Part shown: positions 37,936 through 48,632 of the stretch, in pieces
How the letters are laid out: each line of letters starts with the position of its first letter
Numbering within the stretch: position 1 is the stretch's first letter
Notes under the pieces: generated by a model
Told to the model about the DNA's origin: nothing
Databases searched by the model: none
The model's input: only the letters and a program-made list of their open reading frames with translations
From: Sphyrna mokarran
Taxonomy: Eukaryota
NCBI GenBank assembly: GCA_024679065.1
Contig: JAGIQG010000013.1
Span: 19,220,001-19,284,000, forward strand
Length of the DNA stretch: 64,000 bases
Direction: 5' to 3'
Translations under genes and position numbers: made by a program

Positions 37936-38783
37936 GGGCCTGATTTTACCATCAGGTTACACCCGTTTTTGGGCACGAAAACTTGGTAAAATCGGGCATG
38001 AGGCGAGAAGTGCGATCTACGCTCACATCCGTGCCAGTCCTGCCCATTACCAAGGTCTGAAAATAGACCTAATGGGGCCCATGCCAGAAACAGGCTCGAC
38101 AGCCGATCACCCAAATGCATGCATTTAAATTGATTTAATGAACTGTATGCTTAACTTTACCAGCACGTCCCCCTTTCCAACTGCATTTACCTGTTCAGAT
38201 TTGGCGCAAAACAAACATTATCCACAAAAGTCTGATTCGGGCACTCCAGCTAGTGATGAGGTAGATACCGAGCATCTGACAGCCCTCTGTCGGTGGGGTG
38301 GGGGGGGAGGTTGGTGTTGGTTGGTTGGTTGCAGCAGTGTGGGTCTGATGGTTTTCTGCTTGTGATCTGTGTGGGGGAGGAAGGGGGGTTTCTGCTGCCA
38401 CTCTGCCTGTGATCAGAGGAGGGGAGGGACCCACAGTCGGTCTGGGCTGCAGGGGGTGAGAGGATAAGGGGGTCAGTAATATAAGGGGGTAGGCCAATAC
38501 CTGTGGGGGGCTTTGGGGATGCATTAGCCGACCCAGAAGGATGTAGGGGAGAGCTGCAATCTATATTTTTTCCTACGCTTGTGCAGTCGGAGGTGCTGAT
38601 TGGAGCTGCAGAGTTTCGGGCATGTTAAGTCTTGCCCACAGGCTTGTGTCGCATGATTCAAATTGCTGATATTTTTTCAGGTGGAGTGTGTCCGGGGGAG
38701 AGAACCCATCTGAAAGTCAGATTTGAAACACTCCCAGTTTCAAGTCCACCAGCACTTAGAATCAAAATGGTAAAATAAGGCCC
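37936..38783. mobile_element. Non-autonomous DNA transposon (PIF/Harbinger-type MITE), 848 bp
   Basis: TIRs GGGCCTGATTTTACCAT / ATGGTAAAATAAGGCCC (16 of 17 match), flanked by TTT on both sides (3-bp TSD). Confidence 0.8.
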
Positions 38784-39756
38784 TTTGAATTTCAGCCAAT
38801 ATCTTTATTATAAACTATAGTACATGCTGGGCCCAGTGCTCAACTAATGGTTCACAAAGGAGAACCTCAATCCAGGAATTAAACAGTCATTTATAGTTAA
38901 GGTCAAGTTTTAAGAAATTTGCATATACAAGAATGTATATTTGCACAGGAGTTTATATCAATCCACTCACAACTATTGATTAGGTTTACATCATACATAA
39001 CATAAGGATGCAATTCTCCAATTACAACTTGTGCACATCTACCTAATTATATCATACAGTATGTATTTCTTTCCACACAATTATGAAGTTATTTTTCTAA
39101 CCAATGGTTCATAAATTCCCCTGTCCTATTGTCTTTGGTTAGATTTGTGCTTTATTCAGTGGAGGGCCTTGTGTATAATTTTATGGTCCATGACTCTCAT
39201 CTGGGGGCCTGTTTTAATCAAGACCTGAAGTTCTCTCAGTCTAATAGGTTACAGCTTGTATGATTTTCAAACTTGCATTATTATTAACCCTTTTAAGAAC
39301 ATTCATATGTTGTTATAGCATTATTTGAGCGTTTTTTAACTGTACAGTATTTGAATGAGAATTTCTGTGACTTTGCTTGAACTCTTTACTCTGTAGAATA
39401 TTATATTGAGCAATTCCAAACAAAACAAAAGTTAACTTATAAGTAAGACGTTATAGTAATGAGTAACTTACAGTAACAGAAATGTTGTGGAAATGTTCTA
39501 TATTGTGAACACAAGTGAAACATTTTAAGTTCTCTGACAAAGTGGCTTGGTATGAGTGAAATACAAATTCCAAGAAGCTGCATGTTGGACCATTGCAACA
39601 CATTGGTGAAATATCTCTGCTTTGGTTATGCACAACTCTTCACAGTTTTTCGAGATTGTCCACAGAGATGGGCCACAGCCCAGTTCCATGACAGCAGTTG
39701 ATGAAGCAGAATCATAAAATAACAACCTCCCCTTTTTAAACTGATGCCATTTTATT

Positions 39757-39974
39757 TTAAAAAGTACTTTCATATGTCCGCTTTGAAACGTGCCCAATAA
39801 AACTATAATTAGAATTAGAACTGCGATTTAAATTTTGATTGCTGTACTGACACTTTGGGGTGGTCGCTTGATTTTGATTTAGTTTTCGATTCAAGTTTGG
39901 CTGTGTTGAGATTATCTCTGGATTTCTTGATACAGTGTCAATATTAACATAGATCTCATTAACTTCAGGAATTG
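39757..39974 (-). CDS. Exon 5, cytoplasmic tail (A)IPEVNEIYVNIDT...CQYSNQ...SNYSFIGHVSKRTYESTF*
   Basis: Acceptor tttcttccatttcag|CA; open for 72 codons to TAA 39759-39757; AATAAA immediately after the stop (39756-39751); four Tyr motifs. Confidence 0.8.
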
Positions 39975-42900
39975 CTGAAATGGAAGAAATATGAATTAAA
40001 AAATGTGAAGTGTGATTTAGTTTATTCTGTCTTATAGGATGATACAGTCACAGAGAAACAACCATCATTTCTGCAATGCTGGAAAACACATGCCAAACTG
40101 ATGCACAAAGTGGATTCCAATCATTTTGCACTAGTGTGTGAAGCTTGTCTTCTGTTTATGAGGTTCTCATTTTAGCTTGCTCACAAAATCTATCATTTTC
40201 AGAAGCTACGCATTCAACGCATCAGGAACAATATAGCACAGTGGTTGGCATTGCTGTTTCACAGGGGTCCGGGTTCAATTCAAAGCTTGGATCACTGTCT
40301 GTGTGGCATTTGCATATTCTCCCCATGTCTGCATGGGTTTGCTCCGGTTTCATCCCACAGTCTGAAAGACGCCGTGGTTAGGGTGCATTGACCCGAATAC
40401 ATGCCAAATTGCACAGGAACTTCATTGCAGAGTTAATGTAAGCCTGACTAAAAAATAAACTTTTACTTTTAAATTTTGCAAACTCAGTTTTAAATTTGCA
40501 GCTGCCTGCCAATTAATTACTTTGAGAAGAATGATCCAATTGTCCAATTAAAACTGAGGGTTATAATGTCAGAATGTTCACAAATTGTTCACTCCATAAT
40601 GGGTGGTTGATTTATAAGTCATAGAAGTTATCCACTGCTGCTTAACAACTTATAGATTTAGGATGTTGGCTGGGATACTCCCAGAAAAATTCAAAGTGCC
40701 GAATTAACGCAAAAACTGGGATAAATCCTGTTTTTCTCAGCAGGATTTTAAAAGAAATCTCCCACACTCTGTGCCCTGCACTGTGCACTCATTAAGAGTC
40801 AATGGGCAGTAGCCCCGCACTGCCGGCCTCCCGATCATTCCCACGACCCTGCAGAACTGGCCTTGCAACCCCTCACACCCCAATCGCTCGGCTTCTGAAC
40901 GTGTCTCCTGAGCTTCCCTGACTCCCGACTCCCCCCCCACCCCAATGCCCCCTCAATCTTGCTCGCTCCCGCAGCGGTTCCAATCTCCCAATCCTACTCC
41001 CCACCAATCACTGGCAGCCCCTCAATCAATCCCTCCCCCTCTTTCCTGCAGTCCTGACCTTCCCCCCCCCACACACACACAGCCTCGATCCGCCACAACA
41101 CACTGACGGACGCATATATAATTCCCAATATTTGCACCCCTTTCTGTTGAGTCCACTAGAAGTAGATAATAACGTTGAAGATCGACGAAAGACATAGACA
41201 AGGGTCATGGGTGGAAGTAGGATTGTTAAAATGGGCGGCATGAGCTTGTTGGGCCGAAGGGCCTGTTTCCTGTGCTGTGCTGTTTTTTGTTCTTTGACTC
41301 CACTCAATGACCAGCTTGTTCATTGCTGAGTGCGGAGTGGCAGCAGGACCCCCCTCCTCTACCCATACCCATCTTCCCTTAAAGACTCCACCCCCACTAT
41401 GCTCCCACCCCCTTTGGCACCGCTCCTTTAGCAATGCCCGGTAGGCAATCCCAACCTGACCTCCTGGCACTGCAAGACTGGCAAATGGCCAAGGGCATCC
41501 CCTAACTGCCCCCCCCCCAACCCTCCATGGCCTCCTTTGACTTCAGCAGGGTCAGGCTGCCCGCTTCCTGCTAGTGGGGAGCTGTTGTAAACCCTGGTGG
41601 AGTGAAACACTCCTGTCCGATGGGGGAACGCTCACTGGCCCAGAGATTTCAGTCCCAGGCCCATTAATAATATTACAATCAGCATTAGAATAATTTATAT
41701 GGCTCCATGCCAATTTCTGTTTCGGAACTGGCGGCACTTGAAATCCAGTGGCTGGGTATGCGTGGAGGCCATGATACCCATGGGAGAGCCCACTACATGG
41801 CCTCTGCTTGAGTCTCCTGATCTGTTACACTGCAGCGGGCTGGGAGAATCACTTGCATAGTCTCAATACTTTTGGAGGTTTATGCCTTTGCTGGAAAGGT
41901 TGGTGAGACTTAATAACAGGGCAATTTCCATGTGGTCCATAGAGGAAACAGTTTGTCGATGAATGATCAATGAGCTTCATACCTCTTTTTCTTATCTAGT
42001 AAATTCCTTTTAATATAAAGTGCTGGCTACCCATCTCCTTTTATGTTTCTCTGCAGCAACCTCAGATTCAATGTTGTACCTGAGGGAATGTGCCTACACT
42101 GAACTCCACAACAAGTTTAACTGTGTAAGTTATACACGTATAGCATCGGAGAATGATAGACCTGATCGGATAATGCCTTAGAAGCTAGGGCAAATTCAAT
42201 GTCAACCCAACATTTTGACTCCGAATATCTTTGTGTAAAGTAATTACAATTTGGGTTTTATGGCTAGGATGCATTTGGAGACAGTTTAATACAAATGGTC
42301 AACATCACAAAATCATTGATCTGAACTGTTTCTTTCCCCCAGTCTGCTGAGTACTTCCATCATTTTTTGTTTTTACTTAATGCAAATGTAAATAAATTTA
42401 CAAGTAGATCATTTCTGTTAATACCAGGCATGAAACAAATATACAGTTTTTTACTTGTACGCTGTATGGGTGGAATCTTATGGCATCACTCCAGCGAGAC
42501 TGGAAAATCTTGCCCAAAGTCAGCAGACATTCCCGTTGTCCGCTCCTTGCCCATTCTGATTCCGTGACCGGCAGGGCAGTAGAATTTCAGCATATGGGTG
42601 CAACCTTCCCAACCTGCCCGCCACTGGAATTGTTACAGGTAGGATGGAAAATTTGATGGACCATTTAAAGATCCATTGGTCTTGGGCGGGAGTTTCCAGT
42701 CTGGGGGCAGGAGTTGTTGGAAAACCCCACCCTGTATCAGACCAACAATTGTTCCAACTTATACAGGGCCTGAAACATAACATATCACAAGGCACTTCAC
42801 AGGAGCTTTATGAAGGGTCAAATGGTCTACTCCTGCTTTTATTTTTTAAATAAAAAGGAAATCCAGACCTAAGGGCCGAGGCAGCTGAAGGCACAATCCA

Positions 42901-45900
42901 TCATAGTGTTTAAAGATGTCAGTTTTATCGCAGGGGAAGAGGGAGGCCCAATCATTCTCTGAGGGATGGAGGTGGGGGCAGCGAGCCCAGATGGTTCTCT
43001 GGTGGAGGGGGACAGAGGAGGAGAAGGGAGGTGGTCAGATGGATCTCTGATGGGCAGGGGGTGATCCCGGCCACTTTACGGGTGATTGGTGGGGAGGGGG
43101 GGGGGAGCAGGGGGTCGCAACCAGTCTGGGTAGCAGGAGGTGGACAGTTCTGTTGTGGGGATGCGGCAATGTCTGTGGGGGTCATTGCTCCCACTTCTTG
43201 CTCCCAGGCTGCTTTATCTGCTTTTTGCAGCTCAGGAGCGGTGTGACAGGGGAGCGTTTTTCAAATGCGCAGTTGAAGACTCTGATCGGAGAGGCAGCGA
43301 TTTGGGCAATAAAGCCTCCGCTCACGGCGGATTCAAATTCGCGACTTTTATTTCAGACTAAGTGCCTATGGGGGTGCCTGAGAACAGGTTTCCAAGTCAG
43401 ATCCTAATCACACTCAGAATCAGCACTCAGAATCAAAATCGCCCCCCTATGTTTCGCTTTCAACTATATTTTGTGGAAGTGAATTCCACACATTCACCAC
43501 TCTCTGTGTGAAGAAATTTCTCCTCACCTCAGTCCTAAAAAGTTTATAAGACAGGGCAACTGAATAAGTCAGGCTCTACACTGCTTGTGCCATAACCCAG
43601 TGTCACATGAATATGCCCACTGCCCCACTGTGACATCTTCCAATTCCTACAACAGGAACGCTGTCCACTCTCTGAATGTCAAAGGGCAGTCTCATACTGT
43701 GGGGTCATGTCCAGTTGGAACTGGGATGACAATATTGGTTTAAAACATGAAAAGACAGTGTTGTGACCCACTACACCAGGCTATTAATTATACAAATGAC
43801 ACAGTTATCCTGAAAGCTGACTGTGTAAGTGCACTAAGTCCTTGTTGGACCCACCTACAGGAACCTGGATTAAGTTGTGCAAACAGTAATAATGACTCTA
43901 TTTCCCCATATGTCAATTAAAACCTATCTACAAACTTCAACTTTGATCTTTTAAATTATCTGGATCTTACCTTTTCTTGAACGTTTCAATAATAGTAAAG
44001 AGATGACCCCAGCCACTAGAATTGCACACAAAAAAGCAAGGACCACCCATATATACATTCTGTCTGCAACAAAAAAAACAAGAAGGCCTTTGAATTAACG
44101 GCTTCAACAATATCAGGTCATCTGATAACCAATACAATAAATTTCTTCCCAAATCAAATAAATCTTACTGTTCTTCTTCATATTGGTCTGGAAAAAAAAT
44201 ATGAAAGTAATTGTGTTGGAGAAGCAGTAATTGAGAATAAAGCTATCAAACATCAAGCAAGATTTCAGAATATATTGAGTGTATTTCAAGTAAAACAGCT
44301 AGTACTATTTCACTGGACTCCTGGATAACCAAAGACTGCACAAAATCTGGTTGAGGATAAGCCTGAAGTTTATAAACATATTGCCCTTAAGTCCGAGGGA
44401 ATTTATGAAGGATAAGGCAGAACAAGGCTTAGGGTAGACACCTATTTGTGCAAAGGGAAGAAAGCGCTCAATGATTTGCGAAGGGTGTAATTTGAGGCAG
44501 ATGAGGTCTATCCACTGACCTGGTGGGACTTGAAAAACCCTTTTCAGTCTTCAGCCCAGTTTCTTGTTCTTTGGGGCAGGCTCTCCACTAACTTCCAGTT
44601 TAAGGCGACGTAACTTTACCTCAACCCGAGCCACGGGAATGGGAGAGTTCTCCAATGCCATTTAATTGCCGGATAGGTGTGGGAGATCGAGATTCCCATT
44701 CGGTTTCTTAATTTTTATGAGATTGTGGATAAGCGTAATTCATAAAATATAAACCTAACTTGCAGTTTTAGCCTGAGCAATCAGAGGGAATAGTAACAGG
44801 TTATCAATATTTTAGTAAAAAAGTTATGTCTAAGCTTTTCATATCCACAACCATTAAAGCAGTAAATTTTAAACATAAGAGAGATCAAGTCTATTTATTA
44901 AACCTGCAACCTTTTCCTAAGTACAAACAAAGAGTGGGAATGTAGAATGAACCTTGAAAGTACTGAGACAATTTCATTTTCCAGTTAAAAGGAAACAAAA
45001 AGTGGTTTTAAAGTGAGGGAAGAGACGGAAACTGTAAAGCTGTAAATACCTTCATTTAACGGTATGGTGAGATTCCTAATGATAGGGGTTTGCAACATGG
45101 AGTAATTCACGTGACATGAATATACATCACCGCTCTCCCAGTGAGAGAGGTTGACATAACTTGTTGTGAGATTGCTGTAGTTTGTGGTTGTAGTAACACC
45201 GGACTGAATCCATACCGAACCTTCTTTTCCTTTTTTATGCCACCTCAGTTCGATGTTGCCAGGGTAGAAGTTCTCTGCTCTGCAAACAAGTTGTATGCAA
45301 CACCCACTTTCAGGCCAGGAATGAATTTTAACTTCCACCGTTGGAGGAGCTTGGGAAAGGAAATGTAACAAGTTTTACTAACTTTTGATTTTTTAAAAGA
45401 ACTGTGTATATAATGATGTTGTTCTCTCAATTAAATGGTTCAATAACACATAGCTATACATGTTGGTTTTTATGTGAACAGTAATCTAAAAAAATTTCTA
45501 CACAAAGATGTTCATATTTCAAACTAGTTTGTGACCAGCTGATGTACAACATTTGATTTGGTATGGTCCCTGCTCTGTCCAAGACCGCAAGAAACTACAA
45601 AACGTCGTGAATGTAGCCCAATCCATCACGCAAACCAACTTCCCATTCATTGACCCTGTCTACACTCCCCATTGCCTCAGAAAAGCAGCCAGCATAATTA
45701 AAGATCCCACGCAACCTGGACACTCTTTCTTCCACCTTCTTCCGTCAGGAAAAATATACAAAAGTCTGAGGTCACGTATCAACTAATTCAAGAACAGCTT
45801 CTTCCATGCTGCTGTCAGATTTTTGAATGACCTACCTTGCACTAAGTTGATCTTTCTTTACACCCTAGCTATGACTGTAACACTACATTCTGCACTCTCT

Positions 45901-48486
45901 TGTTTCCTTTTCTATGAATGGTATGCTCTGTATAGCGTGCAAAGAACAACATTTTTCATTTTATGCTAATACATGTGACAATAATAAATCAAATCAAATC
46001 AAACAACAGAATTTTGTTACCGAATGCATTAGCATATTGATATGTTGTATATTATATATTTACAGGCATACTTAAGATTCTAATTATACCTTCTACTGTG
46101 AGGCTTGTTTTGTTTCCACGTAACTTTTTAGTAGGTGGTGGTACAGAGAATTGAATCATGCAGTAGTAAAGATCTGTGTCATTCAGTTGGAGATCTTGGA
46201 TAGTAAAGTCGGTAACTGCATCATTGATCTTCAAAGTAACGCTCGCTCGATTATCACATCCAGGACTCAGTTTCAGTGTATCATTCATGTACTGTATTCT
46301 ACACACAGGCACTTTCCACATATCCCGCCACCAGGAGACAGACATTGATTCTATCTCATGGTATGGGTAGGAACAAGTGATTGTCACGTTGTCTCCCTTG
46401 AATGCTCTGAGTACTGCTGGGGTTTGGGAAATTTGGACTTCACCATGTGTCAAAGCTGTTCCTATGAAAAATCAAAATAAATTAGCACTATTGGTTTAAA
46501 AACTATTTGAATATCTCTCTCTCTCTCTGAATCCATCTATTCATCAAAGACAGGGCTTTAAAATTATGATTGAACAGTGGCACAGTGATTAGCACCGCTA
46601 TCTCACGGCGTCAGGGACCTGAGTTCAATTCCTGGCTTGGGTCACTGTCTGAGAAGTTTGCACAATCTCTCTGTGTCTATGCAGGTTTCCTCTGGGTGCT
46701 CCAGTTTCCTCCAATGGGCCAAAGGTGTGCAGGTTAGGCGAATTGGCCATGTTAAATTCTCTTCTGTGTACCTGAAAAGGCGCCGGATTGTAGTGACTGG
46801 GGAATTTTCACAGTAACTTTATTGAAGTGTTAATGTAAGTCTACTTGTAACTAATAAATAAATTCTGAAATGATCATCCTTAATGAGCAAGAGCTCTGCA
46901 GATCAGCAAAAGTTGCCTTTTTTTTTCCACTTTTAATCATGATTTGATTCCAAGAAGAATGTAATCAAGGTATGAAACCTTCGCCAATCAATTAAAAATC
47001 TATCATGGAAAAACAAGAGGCTGTTTACTTTAATCATGTAAATTAATTGTGGGATTTAAAATAGCCATTTGAAAAACTAAGCAGTTTGTAATATCAATGT
47101 GTTTTATCAGAAGATGTTTATAATATCCTTGTCTGTTCAATGACAATTTAATGTCTTTAAATTTAATGTCTTTCTAGTTAAATGGGTTAGATTGAGAGTG
47201 CATCACTGAGATCATTGCCAGCACAACAATAGATTAGGATATTTCTCAATATCCAATACCTTCATGGTCCTGCTTAAATGCCTGGGGTGGTATGGTGACA
47301 CAGTGGTAAACACTGCTGCCTCACAGTGCCGGACCTGGGTTCGATTCCCGGCGTGGGTCATTGTCGGTGCAGAATCTGCACACTCTCTCCCTGCATCAAA
47401 GAAAAGTAAAAGTTTATTTGTTAGTCACAAGTAGGCTTACATTCACATGTCAATGAAGTTACTGTGAAAATCTCCTAGTTGCTACACTCTGGTGTTTGTT
47501 CGGGTATACTGAGGGAGAATTTAGCATGGACAATTCACCAAACCAGCATGTCTTTGACCTGTGGGAGGAAACTGGAGCACCCAGATGAAACCCATGCAGA
47601 CGCTGCATAGACAGTGACCCAAACCGGGAATGGAACCTGGTTTCCTGGCGCTATGAGACAGCAGTGCTAACCACTGTGCCAGAGTGCCACCCAGGATTTT
47701 CCTCTGGGTGCTTTGGTTTCCTCCCATATCCTGAAAGATGTGCTGATTAGGTGCATTGGCCGTGCTAAATTCTTCCTCACCGTGTATGTGAACAGGCTTC
47801 GGACTGTGGCGACTCAGGGATTTTCACAGTAACTTCATTGCAGCATTAATGTAAACTTATCTGTGATACTAATAAATAAACTTTAAAATGCCAATATATT
47901 GTCTATTGTTTGGCCTATGTCCCTTACTGTCCTCGGTAGCAACTAACAGTAATGATGCATAGAAGAGTAATGTAAAATGATGGAACTGCCTACTTCACAG
48001 ACATGTACTACCTTGCTAGCCATGAGGATACATTCACTATGCAGCAGTGTGGAAGACTTAGAACAAAGGTTTTTGAATTTTAATTGGTTTTTGGTTAAAA
48101 TAACATGAAAAATTTCACAGATAGTAGGAAGTAAGATTGATAAAATTAATACTGCTGTACATCATGACTATTTGCAGCACAACATATTATTTTCCCCACC
48201 GAAATGCAATGTGCAATTTCCTTTCAAATTCATGACAGATTCCTTCCCAATTCACTTGCTGTGAAATGAATACGATATATAAGCACCTGAGAACTTGACC
48301 AAAAACAGAAATCTTGCAAGCTGGCGCCTTTGATGATAGGAAGGTAACCAGCAGTGCTAGCAGCAACTTAAAACTATTACACAGATATTCTCTCAGCTTC
48401 ACTCATATTGTCAGAAAGAAAGTATCCTTACCTAAAGGAACCATGAGAACAATCCACTTGGTAAGACAATTAATGAACAAAGACAT
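39757..48486 (-). CDS. IgSF type I membrane receptor, Leader-V-C1-TM-Cyt, 345 aa; CD28/CD28H(TMIGD2)-like V plus Ig C1-set domain; join(48486-48432,46461-46090,45349-45050,44063-43971,39974-39757)
   Basis: Five exons with GT-AG boundaries, all phase 1, total 1038 nt in frame without internal stops; one domain per exon, as is typical of IgSF genes. Additional small cytoplasmic exons cannot be excluded. Confidence 0.85.
40228..40460 (+). mobile_element. HE1-like SINE (intron 4)
   Basis: Head, core and tail. Confidence 0.85.
40667..41855. mobile_element. GC-rich non-autonomous DNA-transposon-like element with a nested CR1 tail (about 41195-41297)
   Basis: Imperfect TIR-like ends (GGGATACTCCCA / TGGGAGAATC), C-rich core; nested GGGCCGAAGGGCCTGTTTCCTGTGCTG tail. 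Confidence 0.5.
42930..43450. mobile_element. Partial MITE related to 37936-38783
   Basis: G-rich core and terminal CACTCAGAATCAAAAT..GCCCCC similar to CACTTAGAATCAAAATGGTAAAATAAGGCCC. Confidence 0.55.
43971..44063 (-). CDS. Exon 4, transmembrane (D)RMYIWVVLAFLCAILVAGVISLLLLKRSRK
   Basis: Acceptor tttttttttgttgcag|AC, donor AAAAG|gtaaga, 93 nt; hydrophobic stretch followed by a basic stop-transfer sequence. Confidence 0.92.
45050..45349 (-). CDS. Exon 3, Ig C1-set domain
   Basis: APPTVEV..QLVCRAENFYPGNIELRW..TSYVNLSHWESGDVYSCHVNYSMLQTPIIRNL: C-x4-FYP-x2-I-x3-W and WxxGxxYxCxVx signature; acceptor tttcccaag|CT, donor GAAG|gtattt, 300 nt. Confidence 0.93.
45540..46003 (+). mobile_element. Rex1/Babar-type LINE 3' end (intron 2)
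   Basis: WYG.CS.QDRKKLQ.VV..AQ.I..IIKDPT.PGH..F.LLPSG; tail (AAATC)n. Confidence 0.88.
46090..46461 (-). CDS. Exon 2, V-set (VJ-type) Ig domain
   Basis: EVQISQTP..GDNVTITC..VSWWR..FTIQDLQLNDTDLYYC..SVPPP..RGNKTSLTVE; acceptor tttttcatag|GA, donor GAAG|gtataa, 372 nt. Confidence 0.95.
46575..46862 (+). mobile_element. HE1-like SINE (intron 1)
   Basis: Head, core and tail. Confidence 0.9.
47286..47885. mobile_element. Nested SINEs: a minus-strand copy (about 47408-47692) inside a plus-strand copy
   Basis: Plus head 47286-47392, inverted complete copy, then plus core and tail resume at 47693-47885. Confidence 0.85.
48432..48486 (-). CDS. Exon 1, signal peptide MSLFINCLTKWIVLMVPL(G)
   Basis: AAAATG start, 55 nt, donor TTAG|gtaagg; splices in frame to GTALTHG/EVQISQ, giving a plausible cleavage site. 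Confidence 0.85.
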
Positions 48487-48602
48487 TTTGCCCAGCACCA
48501 ATTGATTTGGCAAGTTCTGATCTGGAACAGGGATAGCAATAGCTCTGATATTGTAGGTGGGGGTGTACAGTTACATTTTGGTAAGAATGTGAAGCGCAGT
48601 TT

Positions 48603-48632
48603 TGTGGGTTCCTTTGACATCAGCCTTCCTGT
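48603..48632 (-). promoter_or_regulatory. Putative lymphoid proximal promoter module (ETS, CRE-like, TCF/LEF-like, RUNX-like)
   Basis: Gene strand reads ACAGGAAG-GC-TGATGTCA-AAGG-AACCCACA within 30 bp, about 120-150 bp upstream of the ATG. Confidence 0.55.

Noticed and set aside
41980-42080. Possible extra cytoplasmic exon in intron 4 (cag|GTACAAC...GAG|gtatga)
   Set aside because: Stop codons in all three frames, including TAG in the required phase 1.
46060-46110. CACAGTA heptamer-like sequence at the end of the V exon, suggesting a RAG recombination signal
   Set aside because: It encodes L-T-V of the G strand, no nonamer is seen at 12/23 spacing, and the V already includes its J-like strand and a splice donor. 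CACAGTG hits elsewhere lie in SINE heads.
48187-48402. ORF MKLREYLCNSFKLLLALLVTFLSS as a leader exon
   Set aside because: It starts at GTG inside intron 1; the exon at 48486-48432 has an ATG, a strong donor and the correct phase.
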